64,000 nt of DNA from Eledone cirrhosa (GCA_964016885.1 OZ024740.1:303180001-303244000); one strand, 5' to 3'. Shown: positions 37,549-52,011, counted from the first letter of the stretch. Numbers and translations are program-made. Notes: generated by a model not told the origin, from the sequence alone.

Positions 37549-38644
37549 ATAGCATTGATGGCCGCCTGAATGAGTTATTTATTTTTATTTAATTTATTTA
37601 TTTTATTTTACATTTTCTTATACCTCCATCGTTAGAATAATTTAAATTTCAATCAAATCTAATTCCTATAGATGAATATAAGGATTCACATCCAATTACA
37701 TGAGTTTTGTACATGACAAAGAAGAAAGTGGCAAGAGAAGATAATCTAAAGAGGTATGATCTACTAAATGAGATATTACAAGTGAAGAACGGTAATAAAA
37801 CTATGTTATGGCCATAATGAAAACTGACTTATACAAACTGAAGAATAAGACTAGGAATAAACGATCAATGGCGATGGAAGAACAAACCTATCTACATGAA
37901 TATAATGTGCATGTGATCTAAGTATGTATAGATAGTTATATATACATATGTATGTGGTGGTTGTCAGTATTAAACCAATGCAGACCTGCCAACCTCTAAA
38001 AACCTAAACGGAGTGTGCCATGAAAAAAAGTGCCCCAAAACGGGGAGAAATGAGATTTTATATAATGAAAGCTACACCCATTTTCACAAGTGAAGATATC
38101 TCTCACCCACCCCAAAGTGGGTGAGAGATCTCCCCATCCGATGGGGAGAATTGACAGATCTGGCAATATTAAACTATTCAACAGAGTACTTGATACTTGG
38201 GATGGTAGAGTGTGATTACATTAGGAGTCTTTGAAACTGCAAAAGCTCAGGCGTTAGGCCCCGATTCTTTCTAATATATATATATGTGTGTGTGTGTGTG
38301 TGTTAGTGTGCTAATACAACTGACCAGTAACTAAGTTTCAAACCAGTTGCATTGAAGCTATCTCAGTCAACAGGTTACAAATAGTTTGACAACATTTGGA
38401 CACCATAAAATAAATGTGAACTTTAAAGTTCTTTTGGGTTTTGTTTACTTTTTGTCTTTGAATGGCTAAAGTGACACCTCTACCGCTGTAATTGTTTTTG
38501 GCTTCAACACAACATCTCAAATCAAGTCTCTTGCCAAACAAGTACAACTCCTAAATACATTTATAAGCAATGTAGTTAATATGAAGTATTGTGAGATAAT
38601 TCTTTTTTTTTGACAGATAATTCTTTTTTTAAAGCCGATACAAA

Positions 38645-38830
38645 TAATTGTTTCTACTTTTGGCACAAGGCCAGCAATTTACCCACTACATTACTGGTAC
38701 TTTATTTTATCGACCTCGTAAGGATGAAAGGCAAAGTTGACCTCCGCGGGATTTGAACTCAGAGTGGAAAGGGCCGTAACTCTATGCGTCAAAGCATGAC
38801 GTCCGACCCTCTACCGATACTGCCAATCCA
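38645..38830 (-). mobile_element. tRNA-derived SINE
   Basis: A box TGGCAGTATCGG, B box GAGTTCAAATCC, shared core and tail. Confidence 0.88.
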
Positions 38831-38901
38831 CATGATGAAATAAAGTAATGTTTTACCTAATGTATTTTAGCATGATATTTCAGGGCTATACATACTTTTT
38901 T

Positions 38902-39057
38902 AGATGCGAAGTTGAAACAGTCTAAGACAAAATAAACGAGTGATCAGAGTTTTCTTCTCTAACTGGTCTATGTGTTTGCAATGCGCATGCACAGGGTCGT
39001 TACTGTAGCGAACCCGCGCATGTGCATTTTGTCTTAGACTGTTTCAACTTCGCATCT
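38902..39057. mobile_element. MITE-like element with 32-bp perfect inverted repeats
   Basis: AGATGCGAAGTTGAAACAGTCTAAGACAAAAT and its reverse complement. Confidence 0.65.
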
Positions 39058-39269
39058 GAAAAGAGGATATTACTTTGTTTTGTTTTATTTCATTTGCCTT
39101 TCATATTTTTCTACCACGTTGTACCGGCTTAAAAAAAAATTGATCTGTCATTTATAAGCATATATTTTTTTTAAACTTATTGCCGGTGGGAGTCCCCCAT
39201 AGCTATTTATAACTTTATTTTCAGATAACTAATTTGTTAATATTTTGTACATAACGAATATATACTTAC

Positions 39270-39518
39270 CAATAATGGGTAAATATCGACCTACTCGGAC
39301 ACAGTTCATTTCTAGCTCATTCTGTTTATAAAATGTTATGGTCCGCCAGAATTCAGGCATAAATATTGAATATGTGTCAGAGAAAAATACTGGAGTCCGG
39401 CATACTGTCGTAGTAGGAGCCTGTGGTGTAAAATATACGTAGCCATTCACTTTTAGCTTAGATGGTGTAGTAACTTGTGGAAAGTAGACTGCTGGGATGC
39501 ATGTATGGTTGGCATATT
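39270..39518 (-). CDS. CD36/SCARB-family protein, exon (EYANHTCIP...SIFMPEFWRTITFYKQNELEMNCVRVGRY...)
   Basis: Resembles CD36 F..D.CRS......V...GI..YRF; acceptor TTGCAG, donor GTAAGT; phase 1/1. Confidence 0.78.
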
Positions 39519-39845
39519 CTGCAATGATTTAAGCAGCATATATTGACTAATTGACAAATCATGAGATCTTCATAAAAGTAATAAATGTTTGGCGAACATT
39601 CTACTGTTAAATGTTTCATATTTTCATAAATGCATTGTCTTCAAATATAATAGATTTTAAACAATGGAGCTATTTCTCTTTATATGTTCTGAAGTTTTTA
39701 TGATATTCATTTTAATATATTTCGTAAATATTCTACAGTACAATACCTGGCAACATAAAAGCAGAGTTCTTCACTTTAATTGCCTTCCAAAACTTCCCTT
39801 TTCCAAAGACAAATAAGAAATAACGAGAATACAACAAAGTAATAT

Positions 39846-40060
39846 TGTTACGAAGGTGATGGTGTCACTCGAATTCGAAACACTACTCCCCAAATCTACA
39901 AAAGAAAGCGAGGAAGAAAACGAACAATGGATCACGAGACTGAAGCACGGGATTTTTTGTGCGTTTTATTGGCTTTCTTTTGTAGATCTGGGAAGCAGTG
40001 TTTCGAATTCGAATGATACCATTTACAGCTGTTGATTGACTTCACAATCTCCTTCGTAAC
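39846..40060. repeat. Imperfect inverted-repeat (MITE-like) element
   Basis: GTTACGAAGG...TCGAATTCGAAACACT...CAAAAGAAAGC and its reverse complement. Confidence 0.6.
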
Positions 40061-40077
40061 ACTATGAAATAAAATGT

Positions 40078-40460
40078 AATAATTGTTTCTAATTTTGGCA
40101 CAAGTCAGCAATTATCCCAATACATTAGTGGTACTTTATTTTATCGACCCCGTAAGGATGAAAGACAAAGTTAACCTCAGCGGGATTTGAACTCAATTCT
40201 GCAAAGCATGGTGTATGACCTCTACCGATTCTGCCAGTAATAATGTGGATTATATTTGTGAGGTTCCTTGCAATAATTGTTTCTACTTTTGGCACAAGGC
40301 CAGCAATTATCCCAGTGAATTACTGGTACTTTATTTTATCGACCCTGTAAGGATGAAAGGCAAAGTTAACCTCGGCGGGATTTGAACTCAGATCATAAAG
40401 GGAGGTAACTCTATGCTTCAAAGCATGGCGTCCGACCCTCTACCGATACTGCCAATCCAC
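40078..40460 (-). mobile_element. Two tandem tRNA-derived SINE copies
   Basis: Same family as 38645 and 60935. Confidence 0.85.
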
Positions 40461-40927
40461 TGAATCGTATTTGTTAAGTGCGGCCGATCATCGCACTTAG
40501 TGGTGAATTGATGGTCGGTTTCGTTTTTTTTTGTTTTGTTTTGTTTTTTGCTTCCCTCTTTTTTTTCCTTCTTTCTCTCGCTCTGGCCATGTATTTTGGT
40601 GCGTTGTTTTTGTGAGATTCCTAGCAATAGTTAATTGCATTTGTTATATGTGTATATATTTGTGTTAATCAATATGTACAAAAACACTATCAATATTTTT
40701 TTTTAATATTACAAATAAAAAGAGGAAAAAAAGAAAGAAACGGTAAAAGGAAAAAAAAAAAAAACACAAGCAGGTAATACACACATCTAGGACTACATAC
40801 AACAAAATACATGCGAAAACAGCGTTACCTCAGGTGATGGCGAGGCTGATGCACTGGAACAGCCAAACGCTTTCATTATATACGTAATGTTATTTATACA
40901 ACTGTGAATAATAAATATGTATATACC

Positions 40928-40965
<38 letters not shown>

Positions 40966-40987
40966 GGTATATACATCTTTATTATTC

Positions 40988-41032
<45 letters not shown>

Positions 41033-41055
41033 CGGTATATACATCTTTATTATTC

Positions 41056-41223
<168 letters not shown>

Positions 41224-41282
41224 GTATATATATATATTTATATATATATATATATATATATTTATATGTATATATATATATT

Positions 41283-41413
<131 letters not shown>

Positions 41414-41454
41414 ATTTATATATATTTATATATATATTTATATATTTATATATT

Positions 41455-42570
41455 AACCAGACACAAGAGACAGAGAGGCATCCAAGGCAAGTGCTTCCTT
41501 AAAATGCCACACCTGGGCGAGAATACCACCAACGCTATCCGCAAGGCTATACGGAGGGAGGGCCTCGACATCCACCTGGCCACCGGGCCCCTCCCTGCGA
41601 AGATGCCTCTCCAGGAAACCCGGGAAATCAACTGACGCGTGCTCCCTCAGAGACTGCCCAATGCGCCATGCGAACTGTTGCCTACGCACATACGTCGTGT
41701 ATAAGATAGAATGTAACAAGTGCAACCAATACTATATAGGTAGCACAATCCGGCCGTTGCACATCCGGATCAAGGAACACACTAAAACTAGGGCCTCGTC
41801 TTTCCGGAAACACATAGCCAAATGCGGAAACAAAGACTAAAAGCCCATTGTCACAATTCTAGCGACAGAAAGAAACGTCGGCACGTTACGTATCAAGGAA
41901 GCACTTTGGATCAAACGCCTAGGGCCACAATTAAACAACCGATCCGAGAGAGGTGGTTGGTTTAAGTTAACAAACGATGCAGCAACACACGCACACACAC
42001 ACACAAGCGAGACAGCAACACACGCACACACATACACACAGTAGCATTCCACCATACGAACAAACTACACTGCCAATACAGAGGAACAAGGCAACAACAC
42101 CTGCACACAGACACTCAAGCGAGACAACAACGCACGCGCACACACATACACACAGTAACATTCACCAAACAGGCAGAGAATGGACTGACAGCTAGTGCCA
42201 CCCCACTCCCACAATTTAAAGAACTACTTCGGCCGCTGACCTCTGTCTGACCGACCCCATTTCACGCGCACGCGCGCTCTGCTGAATAAATCAGATATTC
42301 AAAACAACGAACAGCGGAGGACACGTTTCGCACCTTTCCGACAGGAAACCTCCCCCCCCCCGGAAAAACCCCAGTTGATGGATGTGAATCCGAAATATAT
42401 AGGGACAATTAAATCTCTCCCAAGGTAACTCTTTCTCGTGTTGTTATTTTTATTTTTATCCTTTACGCTCATTCCTTCATTCCTCTACACGTTACAGTCT
42501 TATACACGCCACGCATGTCAACGTACACCCACTTACATCTCTTTCTCCACCACCGGATCTTGTTACCCGG
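41455..42570 (+). mobile_element. 3' fragment of a PLE (GIY-YIG endonuclease plus 3' UTR)
   Basis: VVYKIECNKCNQYYIGSTIRPLHIRIKEH...LRIKEALWIKRLGPQLN; very degenerate HHR-like motif near 42368-42403. Confidence 0.85.
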
Positions 42571-42973
42571 AGATTTACCTATCTGCATTGTCGAGGCTTC
42601 CAAACGACTTAAAGAAATTTACCATATATATATATATTTATATATATAAATAAATAAATTATACAATTATCAAAGTTGTGTTCAAATCATTTAATAGCTG
42701 ACAATCGTTTTTTCCAAACTCTCATTTGGAGTCATCGGAGCATTATCAATGTTTGCACATATAATTACCCTCCTACTCAACTGAACAATAATATAGATAC
42801 ATATAAATTGATGTTGTGAGCAACAGTTTCGTATTTACTGCTCTGTAAAACAATTGCTGTTCATATATTGAGCTATTTCTCTTACTGGTAATAAGGCAAT
42901 TAAGAAATTACTGACCTTCCAGTTTATAGTTGTTTATACTATATACATAACTATAAATAGTATTATTATTATA

Positions 42974-43023
<50 letters not shown>

Positions 43024-43190
43024 AATGAAAATAGAGAGCTTAATGTAAGCAAAAACACAACAATAATTCAGACATATAAGTAACTATAACATCAAGATGA
43101 AAAGTCTTTAACGTAAGATTTGGGATAAGTAATACAATCTTATAATCAAGAAAAAAATACTTAACTGTCAATTTGGGGAAAACTACAAAT

Positions 43191-43269
43191 GCACTATATA
43201 GTCTTAAAAGACTATTTCACGAAACTTTCAGTTCTGTTAGGCACGGTTTGTATCTATCTTCAGTAGTGC
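43191..43269 (-). ncRNA. Type I HHR (full stem III, weak stem II)
   Basis: GCACTA-CTGAAGA...GAAA-TAGTCTT(tt)AAGACTA-TA-TAGTGC. Confidence 0.65.
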
Positions 43270-43507
43270 TCAACACGTTAACTAAAAAACACTACTAAAA
43301 TGCCAGAGGGGAATTAAAAGTAGGCAAGCGAACAGTTGAAATAACAAAACACACGTGGGCGCACGCTAGTGATGCCGGGATGAGACGAAAATCTGTTTAC
43401 AGGAAACACCAGTCAAAACATTCCGAAAAGACTCAACAAAAATATGGAGTTCAGCAAAAGCAATATTATCGCAGTTTTTATATATATATATATATTATTT
43501 ATATATA

Positions 43508-43575
<68 letters not shown>

Positions 43576-43721
43576 ATATATATTTATATATATATATATT
43601 TATATATATATGATATTAAATATATGGAAACTATATTTATAAAACCATGTTATAAATATTTACTCGTTGTTAACCCAACAATTTAAATATAACTTTCCAT
43701 GTATTTATATATATATATATT

Positions 43722-43752
<31 letters not shown>

Positions 43753-43767
43753 ATTTATATATATATA

Positions 43768-43836
<69 letters not shown>

Positions 43837-43968
43837 TATATATATATATATATTTATTTATATATATATATATATATAGGAACGAGTAGGGCCCCGACGG
43901 CTGAGCTCAAGCCGTTTCGACGGCTAATTCTTGACTGGTCCACCTGGTTCCTTACCACATTTCCTTCG

Positions 43969-44036
<68 letters not shown>

Positions 44037-44155
44037 GTATATTTACATATATATATACATATATATTTATATATATATATTTACATATATATATATATAT
44101 TTGTATATATATATATATTTGTATATATATATATATTTGTATATATATATATATT

Positions 44156-44186
<31 letters not shown>

Positions 44187-44197
44187 ATTTATATATA

Positions 44198-44244
<47 letters not shown>

Positions 44245-44253
44245 TTATATACA

Positions 44254-44290
<37 letters not shown>

Positions 44291-44329
44291 TTATATATAT
44301 ATTTATATATATATATATATTTATATACA

Positions 44330-44495
<166 letters not shown>

Positions 44496-44500
44496 TTATA

Positions 44501-44548
<48 letters not shown>

Positions 44549-44764
44549 TTATATATTTATATATATATATATATATAGATTATAGATTTATATATATATA
44601 TATATATTGGAATAAATGCTCTGAAATAGCGATATATATGTGAATATAGACATAGAATATTCGAAAATATTCTGTATGTTTATAATAAACATTTTGAAGA
44701 CCTAATCGCTATAGAATAGAATACGTCACGTATTACAATTAGATTCTCGATAAAAGCAAGGGAA

Positions 44765-44807
44765 GTAATCTACGCGTTTCATTCTCGTTAGAAATCATCA
44801 GGACTAC
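44765..44807 (-). ncRNA. Minimal type I HHR (also 45075-45117, 45385-45427, 45695-45737, 46005-46047)
   Basis: GTAGTC-CTGATGA-T-TTCT(aacg)AGAA-T-GAAAC-GC-GTA-GATTAC; palindromic ACGCGT stem III. Confidence 0.82.
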
Positions 44808-46226
44808 ATATCCAGTGCTTTTATCGAGAATGACACAGCTAGAGACTTATAGAATACTTAGCTGTGTACAGGAACTGGTTTGAAAGAGCGGTTGCCGGTC
44901 CGGCAGAAATTAGAAATTGGAATAAATGCTCTGAAATAGCGATATATATGTGAATATAGACATAGAATATTCGAAAATATTCTGTATGTTTATAATAAAC
45001 ATTTTGAAGACCTAATCGCTATAGAATAGAATACGTCACGTATTACAATTAGATTCTCGATAAAAGCAAGGGAAGTAATCTACGCGTTTCATTCTCGTTA
45101 GAAATCATCAGGACTACATATCCAGTGCTTTTATCGAGAATGACACAGCTAGAGACTTATAGAATACTTAGCTGTGTACAGGAACTGGTTTGAAAGAGCG
45201 GTTGCCGGTCCGGCAGAAATTAGAAATTGGAATAAATGCTCTGAAATAGCGATATATATGTGAATATAGACATAGAATATTCGAAAATATTCTGTATGTT
45301 TATAATAAACATTTTGAAGACCTAATCGCTATAGAATAGAATACGTCACGTATTACAATTAGATTCTCGATAAAAGCAAGGGAAGTAATCTACGCGTTTC
45401 ATTCTCGTTAGAAATCATCAGGACTACATATCCAGTGCTTTTATCGAGAATGACACAGCTAGAGACTTATAGAATACTTAGCTGTGTACAGGAACTGGTT
45501 TGAAAGAGCGGTTGCCGGTCCGGCAGAAATTAGAAATTGGAATAAATGCTCTGAAATAGCGATATATATGTGAATATAGACATAGAATATTCGAAAATAT
45601 TCTGTATGTTTATAATAAACATTTTGAAGACCTAATCGCTATAGAATAGAATACGTCACGTATTACAATTAGATTCTCGATAAAAGCAAGGGAAGTAATC
45701 TACGCGTTTCATTCTCGTTAGAAATCATCAGGACTACATATCCAGTGCTTTTATCGAGAATGACACAGCTAGAGACTTATAGAATACTTAGCTGTGTACA
45801 GGAACTGGTTTGAAAGAGCGGTTGCCGGTCCGGCAGAAATTAGAAATTGGAATAAATGCTCTGAAATAGCGATATATATGTGAATATAGACATAGAATAT
45901 TCGAAAATATTCTGTATGTTTATAATAAACATTTTGAAGACCTAATCGCTATAGAATAGAATACGTCACGTATTACAATTAGATTCTCGATAAAAGCAAG
46001 GGAAGTAATCTACGCGTTTCATTCTCGTTAGAAATCATCAGGACTACATATCCAGTGCTTTTATCGAGAATGACACAGCTAGAGACTTATAGAATACTTA
46101 GCTGTGTACAGGAACTGGTTTGAAAGAGCGGTTGCCGGTCCGGCAGAAATTAGAAATTGGAATAAATGCTCTGAAATAGCGATATAAGTCTCTAGCTGTG
46201 TCATTCTCGATAAAAGCACTGGATAT

Positions 46227-46269
46227 GTAGTCCTGATGATTTCTAACGAGAATGAAACGCGTAGATTAC
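46227..46269 (+). ncRNA. Minimal type I HHR in the inverted arm (also 46537-46579, 46847-46889)
   Basis: Same motif; predicted cleavage after 46263 (GUA). Confidence 0.82.
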
Positions 46270-47011
46270 TTCCCTTGCTTTTATCGAGAATCTAATTGTA
46301 ATACGTGACGTATTCTATTCTATAGCGATTAGGTCTTCAAAATGTTTATTATAAACATACAGAATATTTTCGAATATTCTATGTCTATATTCACATATAT
46401 ATCGCTATTTCAGAGCATTTATTCCAATTTCTAATTTCTGCCGGACCGGCAACCGCTCTTTCAAACCAGTTCCTGTACACAGCTAAGTATTCTATAAGTC
46501 TCTAGCTGTGTCATTCTCGATAAAAGCACTGGATATGTAGTCCTGATGATTTCTAACGAGAATGAAACGCGTAGATTACTTCCCTTGCTTTTATCGAGAA
46601 TCTAATTGTAATACGTGACGTATTCTATTCTATAGCGATTAGGTCTTCAAAATGTTTATTATAAACATACAGAATATTTTCGAATATTCTATGTCTATAT
46701 TCACATATATATCGCTATTTCAGAGCATTTATTCCAATTTCTAATTTCTGCCGGACCGGCAACCGCTCTTTCAAACCAGTTCCTGTACACAGCTAAGTAT
46801 TCTATAAGTCTCTAGCTGTGTCATTCTCGATAAAAGCACTGGATATGTAGTCCTGATGATTTCTAACGAGAATGAAACGCGTAGATTACTTCCCTTGCTT
46901 TTATCGAGAATCTAATTGTAATACGTGACGTATTCTATTCTATAGCGATTAGGTCTTCAAAATGTTTATTATAAACATACAGAATATTTTCGAATATTCT
47001 ATGTCTATATT

Positions 47012-47087
<76 letters not shown>

Positions 47088-47108
47088 TTATATATTTATA
47101 TATATATA

Positions 47109-47154
<46 letters not shown>

Positions 47155-47175
47155 TTATATATTTATATATATATA

Positions 47176-47223
<48 letters not shown>

Positions 47224-47273
47224 TTATATATTTATATATATATATATATATATAGATTATAGATTTATATATG

Positions 47274-47323
<50 letters not shown>

Positions 47324-47348
47324 TTATATATTTATATATATATATATT

Positions 47349-47408
<60 letters not shown>

Positions 47409-47565
47409 TGAGAAAAACCACAGACCCTCCATCTCAACTCACCTTTTGAAAAGCAGAAGAACTGCGAAATCGGTAAAGGAACTAAATAAATAAAGGAACC
47501 AAATAAATATATATATTTTTTTTAAAAATAAGACTCCAGTTGCATTTTCGATTTCATCTCTTTTT

Positions 47566-47640
<75 letters not shown>

Positions 47641-47739
47641 TATGAAATGTTGTTTTACCAATAAATGTAATAAAGAGAGAATATAACTTAAGAATAAAGA
47701 AAACTGTTTAAGAGTTTTAAATTTCAAAATAGAGATACA

Positions 47740-47940
47740 TAGTAGTGGAAACTTCTGGTCTTGGTCCTAGGACCACCTCTCTCCTCACCACCATCGGCAT
47801 AGAGTTGGCTAAATGCAGGTGCCAGCCTCACGAGCTGGAATGGTTCAACCAGCGCATCCCCCTCACCATCCTCTGGGGAAACGTTTTTTCTATTCTATCC
47901 GCCGTGGCCGCCAGTGCGTGGGCCCCCATTTGCTTATAAT
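47740..47940 (+). mobile_element. 3' fragment of a restriction-like-endonuclease (CRE-like) non-LTR element
   Basis: VVETSGLGP....L..IG..L.......E.EWFNQRIPLTILWGNVFSIL resembles the ..QR.S.AI.RGNA.SI. C-terminus. Confidence 0.55.
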
Positions 47941-48111
47941 AGTGAGGGATGGGGAGAGGCGGAAGCACTGACAGTGGAAGTTTGATTCCATTTTGTTCGG
48001 ACTTGGTGTGTATGTATATATTTATTTACCAGACCACATGTACTACCTTTGGTGAGTTGATATAACGAAGCTAATATTCGTACATAACGATGCTAATATT
48101 GACAACTGTGT

Positions 48112-48212
48112 TCCGAGGTTGACTTTGCCTTTCATCTTTACGGGGTCGATAAAATAAAGTACCAGTAATGCACTGGGTAATTGCTGGCCTTGTGCCTAAA
48201 GTAGAAACAATT
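48112..48212 (+). mobile_element. 5'-truncated SINE
   Basis: Core and tail of the SINE family. Confidence 0.8.
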
Positions 48213-48484
48213 ATATATTTTTAATGTTATTTACACAACTATGAATAATAAAAAAATGTATATTACCGATGCTATGCATCAAATAGGGATAGAGATTTGT
48301 AAAGTAAAATGTATGTGTAAAAACATAATTAACAAAAAGAACTAATATACATACATATATTTTAAAAGGCCGGTGGTGGTTGCTGCTGCTATTGCTGTTG
48401 TTGATGCGGCAAACATAAATATGACTAAGAAAATCACCTCTTTGTCTGAGATTTTTCTTAGCAAGCGAGAAAAGAGAAAGGTTA

Positions 48485-49232
48485 CATGTTTCTTCTCTTC
48501 TTCGTCCACTTATTCCTGGGAGGGTCGAGGGGTCAGAATCTTCAAACACTCCTTCCGGCGGGTCCTGTCAGAAGCAAACGTTTCCAACTGATCCGGCTGG
48601 ATTCCCAAGCAAGACCAGTCAAGCTTATGGATGTTATCCAACCATCTTGCTCGGGTCTATCTCTGTGTCTCTTGTCGGTCGGTTTTGCGCGTAAAATCTG
48701 TCCAGTGATTCTTTCCTAAGACTTTCTAACCACATGCCCGTAGTACTGGAGCTGTGATCTTTCAATTCGCAGTGAGTCACGGCTCTACCTGGAGTGACTC
48801 TGAATCTCCGAGCTACGCACTCTATCGAGTAACGTTACTTCAAAGACCCTTCGGAGGAACTACATTTCGGCCGCTTGTATTCGCGATCTTATTCTTTCGG
48901 TCATTATCCTAGATTCATGACCATAAGTAAGGGTTGGCACGAATACCCGAATTGAAGAGAGCCAGTTTGGCTTTTACCCCTACCTCCCTTCTTCTGGTTA
49001 CCGAATGCTGAAGATGTCACATTACTGCACCAGCTCCTGCAATTCTTGCACTTAATTCAGCCTCCTGCCTTCCATCATTCGTGACCATAGCCCCGAGATA
49101 CTTGAACTTCTCCACCTGCTTCAGTGGGACTCCATTCACATGTAGAGTGCACTGCACAGGTGTTTCAGTTTTCGCAGCACTGATTTTCATTCCAGCCATG
49201 CAGCACTCGGCATCAAACCTATCGACTGCAAG
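48485..49232 (-). mobile_element. RTE-type LINE 3' fragment, degraded
   Basis: AGMKISAAKTE...LKQVEKFKYLG.....G....E..ARI. Confidence 0.8.
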
Positions 49233-49985
49233 TCGAATATCACCTTCTTACATATTTCTATATAGCTAAATACACGAGGTTTTATTGTGCTTGTAAATTG
49301 ACAACTAGAGGTTATTCAGGTGTGAGGATAAATATCTCATCCATCGATTTGGGTAGGGCTTATGGAATCGTATACTTGGTTTTCAAACCTGAGGACAGTG
49401 TAAGTAAACAGTTCAAGCTGATGTCCGCCTCATGCACCTGCCTGTAGGTTAGTACCACAATATATGGAACAATGCAACATAATGAGACACTTTGGAGTAG
49501 ATTGGTGATAAGGTTCCTACCTGGTTCATCATCAACTTTGTAGCTCAGCATGGGCAGATGATGAGCGTCAAAGTGACTAGAAATAGTATGTGGTAAAAGT
49601 TAGCAGATGTCTTCAATCCTAGAAGCTTTTTTAGGGACACCCACCCACTCATGCCAATAGAAAGAGTAAAGGAAAGACAAGGACCTCCAAATAGAAAAGA
49701 GCATGCCAAGAGAAGGTAAGTATAATATGCAAGGAGGAATCAAACGTTTCCAGGAAATATGTGAAGTATACAGAGCTCCAACTAATAAAAGACCAAGTGG
49801 TTGACAATCTGAATAAAGTTCTAGAAAAATAGTGTGTAGCATGCAAAAGATGCTTGTAAAAACCATTTCAAAGCGCTATAAACAGCATAGTAATCATCAT
49901 ACCCTGATACCCGAGTAGTTCACAGTCTCTATATAAAGCGTAAATCTAATAAGACTGTTTGTACATCTGTTTTGTCGTTTCCTTG

Positions 49986-50088
<103 letters not shown>

Positions 50089-51074
50089 GATGAGATGTTA
50101 CTAGTTAAGACAAGTAAAACTTATTCATCTTTGTACTCTAAACTTAAGGAAAGTTAATATTGAAAAGCCTCTGTGGGTTTCATAAAACCATGGACCTACA
50201 TCAGGAAAGAGATGACACAACTTAACAAAGTAATGTCAACCCTCTCAAGACTTGTACTCACTTACCACAATGCATTTTGTTGAATGCTGTAATAATTCTG
50301 CTAATTCACCATTCTTATAATACATATAATACATATATATCTTATTGAATTAGCACAAACATTTGCTTAATTAACATAAATCCATGCCTCTTATCATGTT
50401 GTTGTTTTCTGTTTTTTTCTTTTTCAATTCACCTGCCTAAGTATATATCTAAAAGGATAGATAATTGAATATTTTTTCACAATTAAATATGAATGAAAAT
50501 AAAAACTTATCATTCAAATAAATTCAAACTTTATTCAAAAATATTTTCCATAGATCCTATAATTACTTCTGACAAATATTTTCTGATTGACATCAAAAGA
50601 TTTCCAATAACATTATTTTCCCACCCACTCTTGTCCTTTGAATTTCAATTGATCTAAAATTATTTTTGCGATTAGCTATATGTTCCTAATGCAGGTTTAC
50701 CATGAGAAATGTTCCAGTATCGTAATATGAATATATGCATAAAAGAATGTATATGTTCATATATGTTTGTGGGAGTGTCGAATTATGTGTATGTTCATAT
50801 ATATACATATACACATGTATGTTCATATATATACATATACACACACACATCCAGAGTCGGGTTCAATCGCTAGAGATCGAACCTTGAGCTGATAAATTGT
50901 GAAACGTACGTCACACCTGAATAAACTTAATGAAAATTTGACACATTCTCCATACTTATTATTGATATTACATTCTGCTTAGTACAGCCCCAAATTACAT
51001 ACTGAAAACTACGCATCGAGTGCAGACTTTGGTGAGCCAACAGTAACTTGACATTACAATCCCTAAACTATATA

Positions 51075-51188
<114 letters not shown>

Positions 51189-51322
51189 ATATATATGTGT
51201 GTATATATATATGTGTGTGTATATATATATATATATGTAGGAGGTGAGTTTTATTGTAGTACAATAAAGCAATGCAAATATCGGATAAGTAGCACTCTAC
51301 AGTTTGTAGGACTGGAGTATAA

Positions 51323-51661
51323 ATAATATAAGATCAAAAGATGGTTAAAAGAGTTCCAAGTATTTTATTTTGCGCATTTCAAAAACAAATATCATCATGA
51401 GATGATATCTGCGTTTTCATCAGATAAAATAGGGATACATGATATGAAGGTTAAAAAACACTTGTGAATAGTGAAGTTTTAAATCAACATGATATGTTGA
51501 TTTAAAACTTCACTATTCACAAGTGTTTTTTAACCTTCATATCATGTATCCCTATTTTATCTGATGAAAACGCAGATATCATCTCATGATGATATTTGTT
51601 TTTGAAATGCGCAAAATAAAATACTTGGAACTCTTTTAACCATCTTTTGATCTTATATTAT
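51323..51661. repeat. Perfect 339-bp palindrome (3-nt loop), each arm with an HHR-like motif (plus copy 51553-51623)
   Basis: TATTTTAT-CTGATGA-long stem II-GAAA-TGCGCA-AA-ATAAAATA; conserved U16.1 is A in both arms. Confidence 0.85.
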
Positions 51662-52011
51662 ATATATATATATATAAAATAGAGTATATGTTCCTACACG
51701 CACAAGGCGCTAAGGGACACATGTATTGTCCAACCATATGCCAATGTGGTTCAATGGCAGGTTAATAAATTAACGAGCCAGAAACTTTTTCTTATTTGCT
51801 AAACCTTGATTATATATATATATATATATATATATATTTTTTTTATATATTATATTATATTATATATCATATTATTTATGTTCATACACAAGGTATCAAA
51901 CCCAATATTGACCATATCTCCAGTATACAAAAGGAATCAAAATTGTGACATACCTTCAGGCACTTATACGAGTTTATAAGATACCGTTAAAAGTAATGCG
52001 TGCTAAAATCA

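Larger units (their letters stand above)
44606..47020. mobile_element. Tandem array of a 310-bp HHR-containing unit (non-LTR retrozyme-like): about 5.1 copies, then about 2.7 inverted copies
   Basis: Units start 44606, 44916, 45226, 45536, 45846, 46156; inversion at TATA 46183-46186; no differences seen between copies; flanked by (TA)n. Confidence 0.92.

Noticed and set aside
44606-47020. CRISPR array or plain satellite interpretation
   Set aside because: No variable spacers or cas genes, and the context is eukaryotic; the embedded HHR and structured unit fit a retrozyme better
49300-49900. Protein-like short ORFs on the minus strand
   Set aside because: No recognisable motif or splice support
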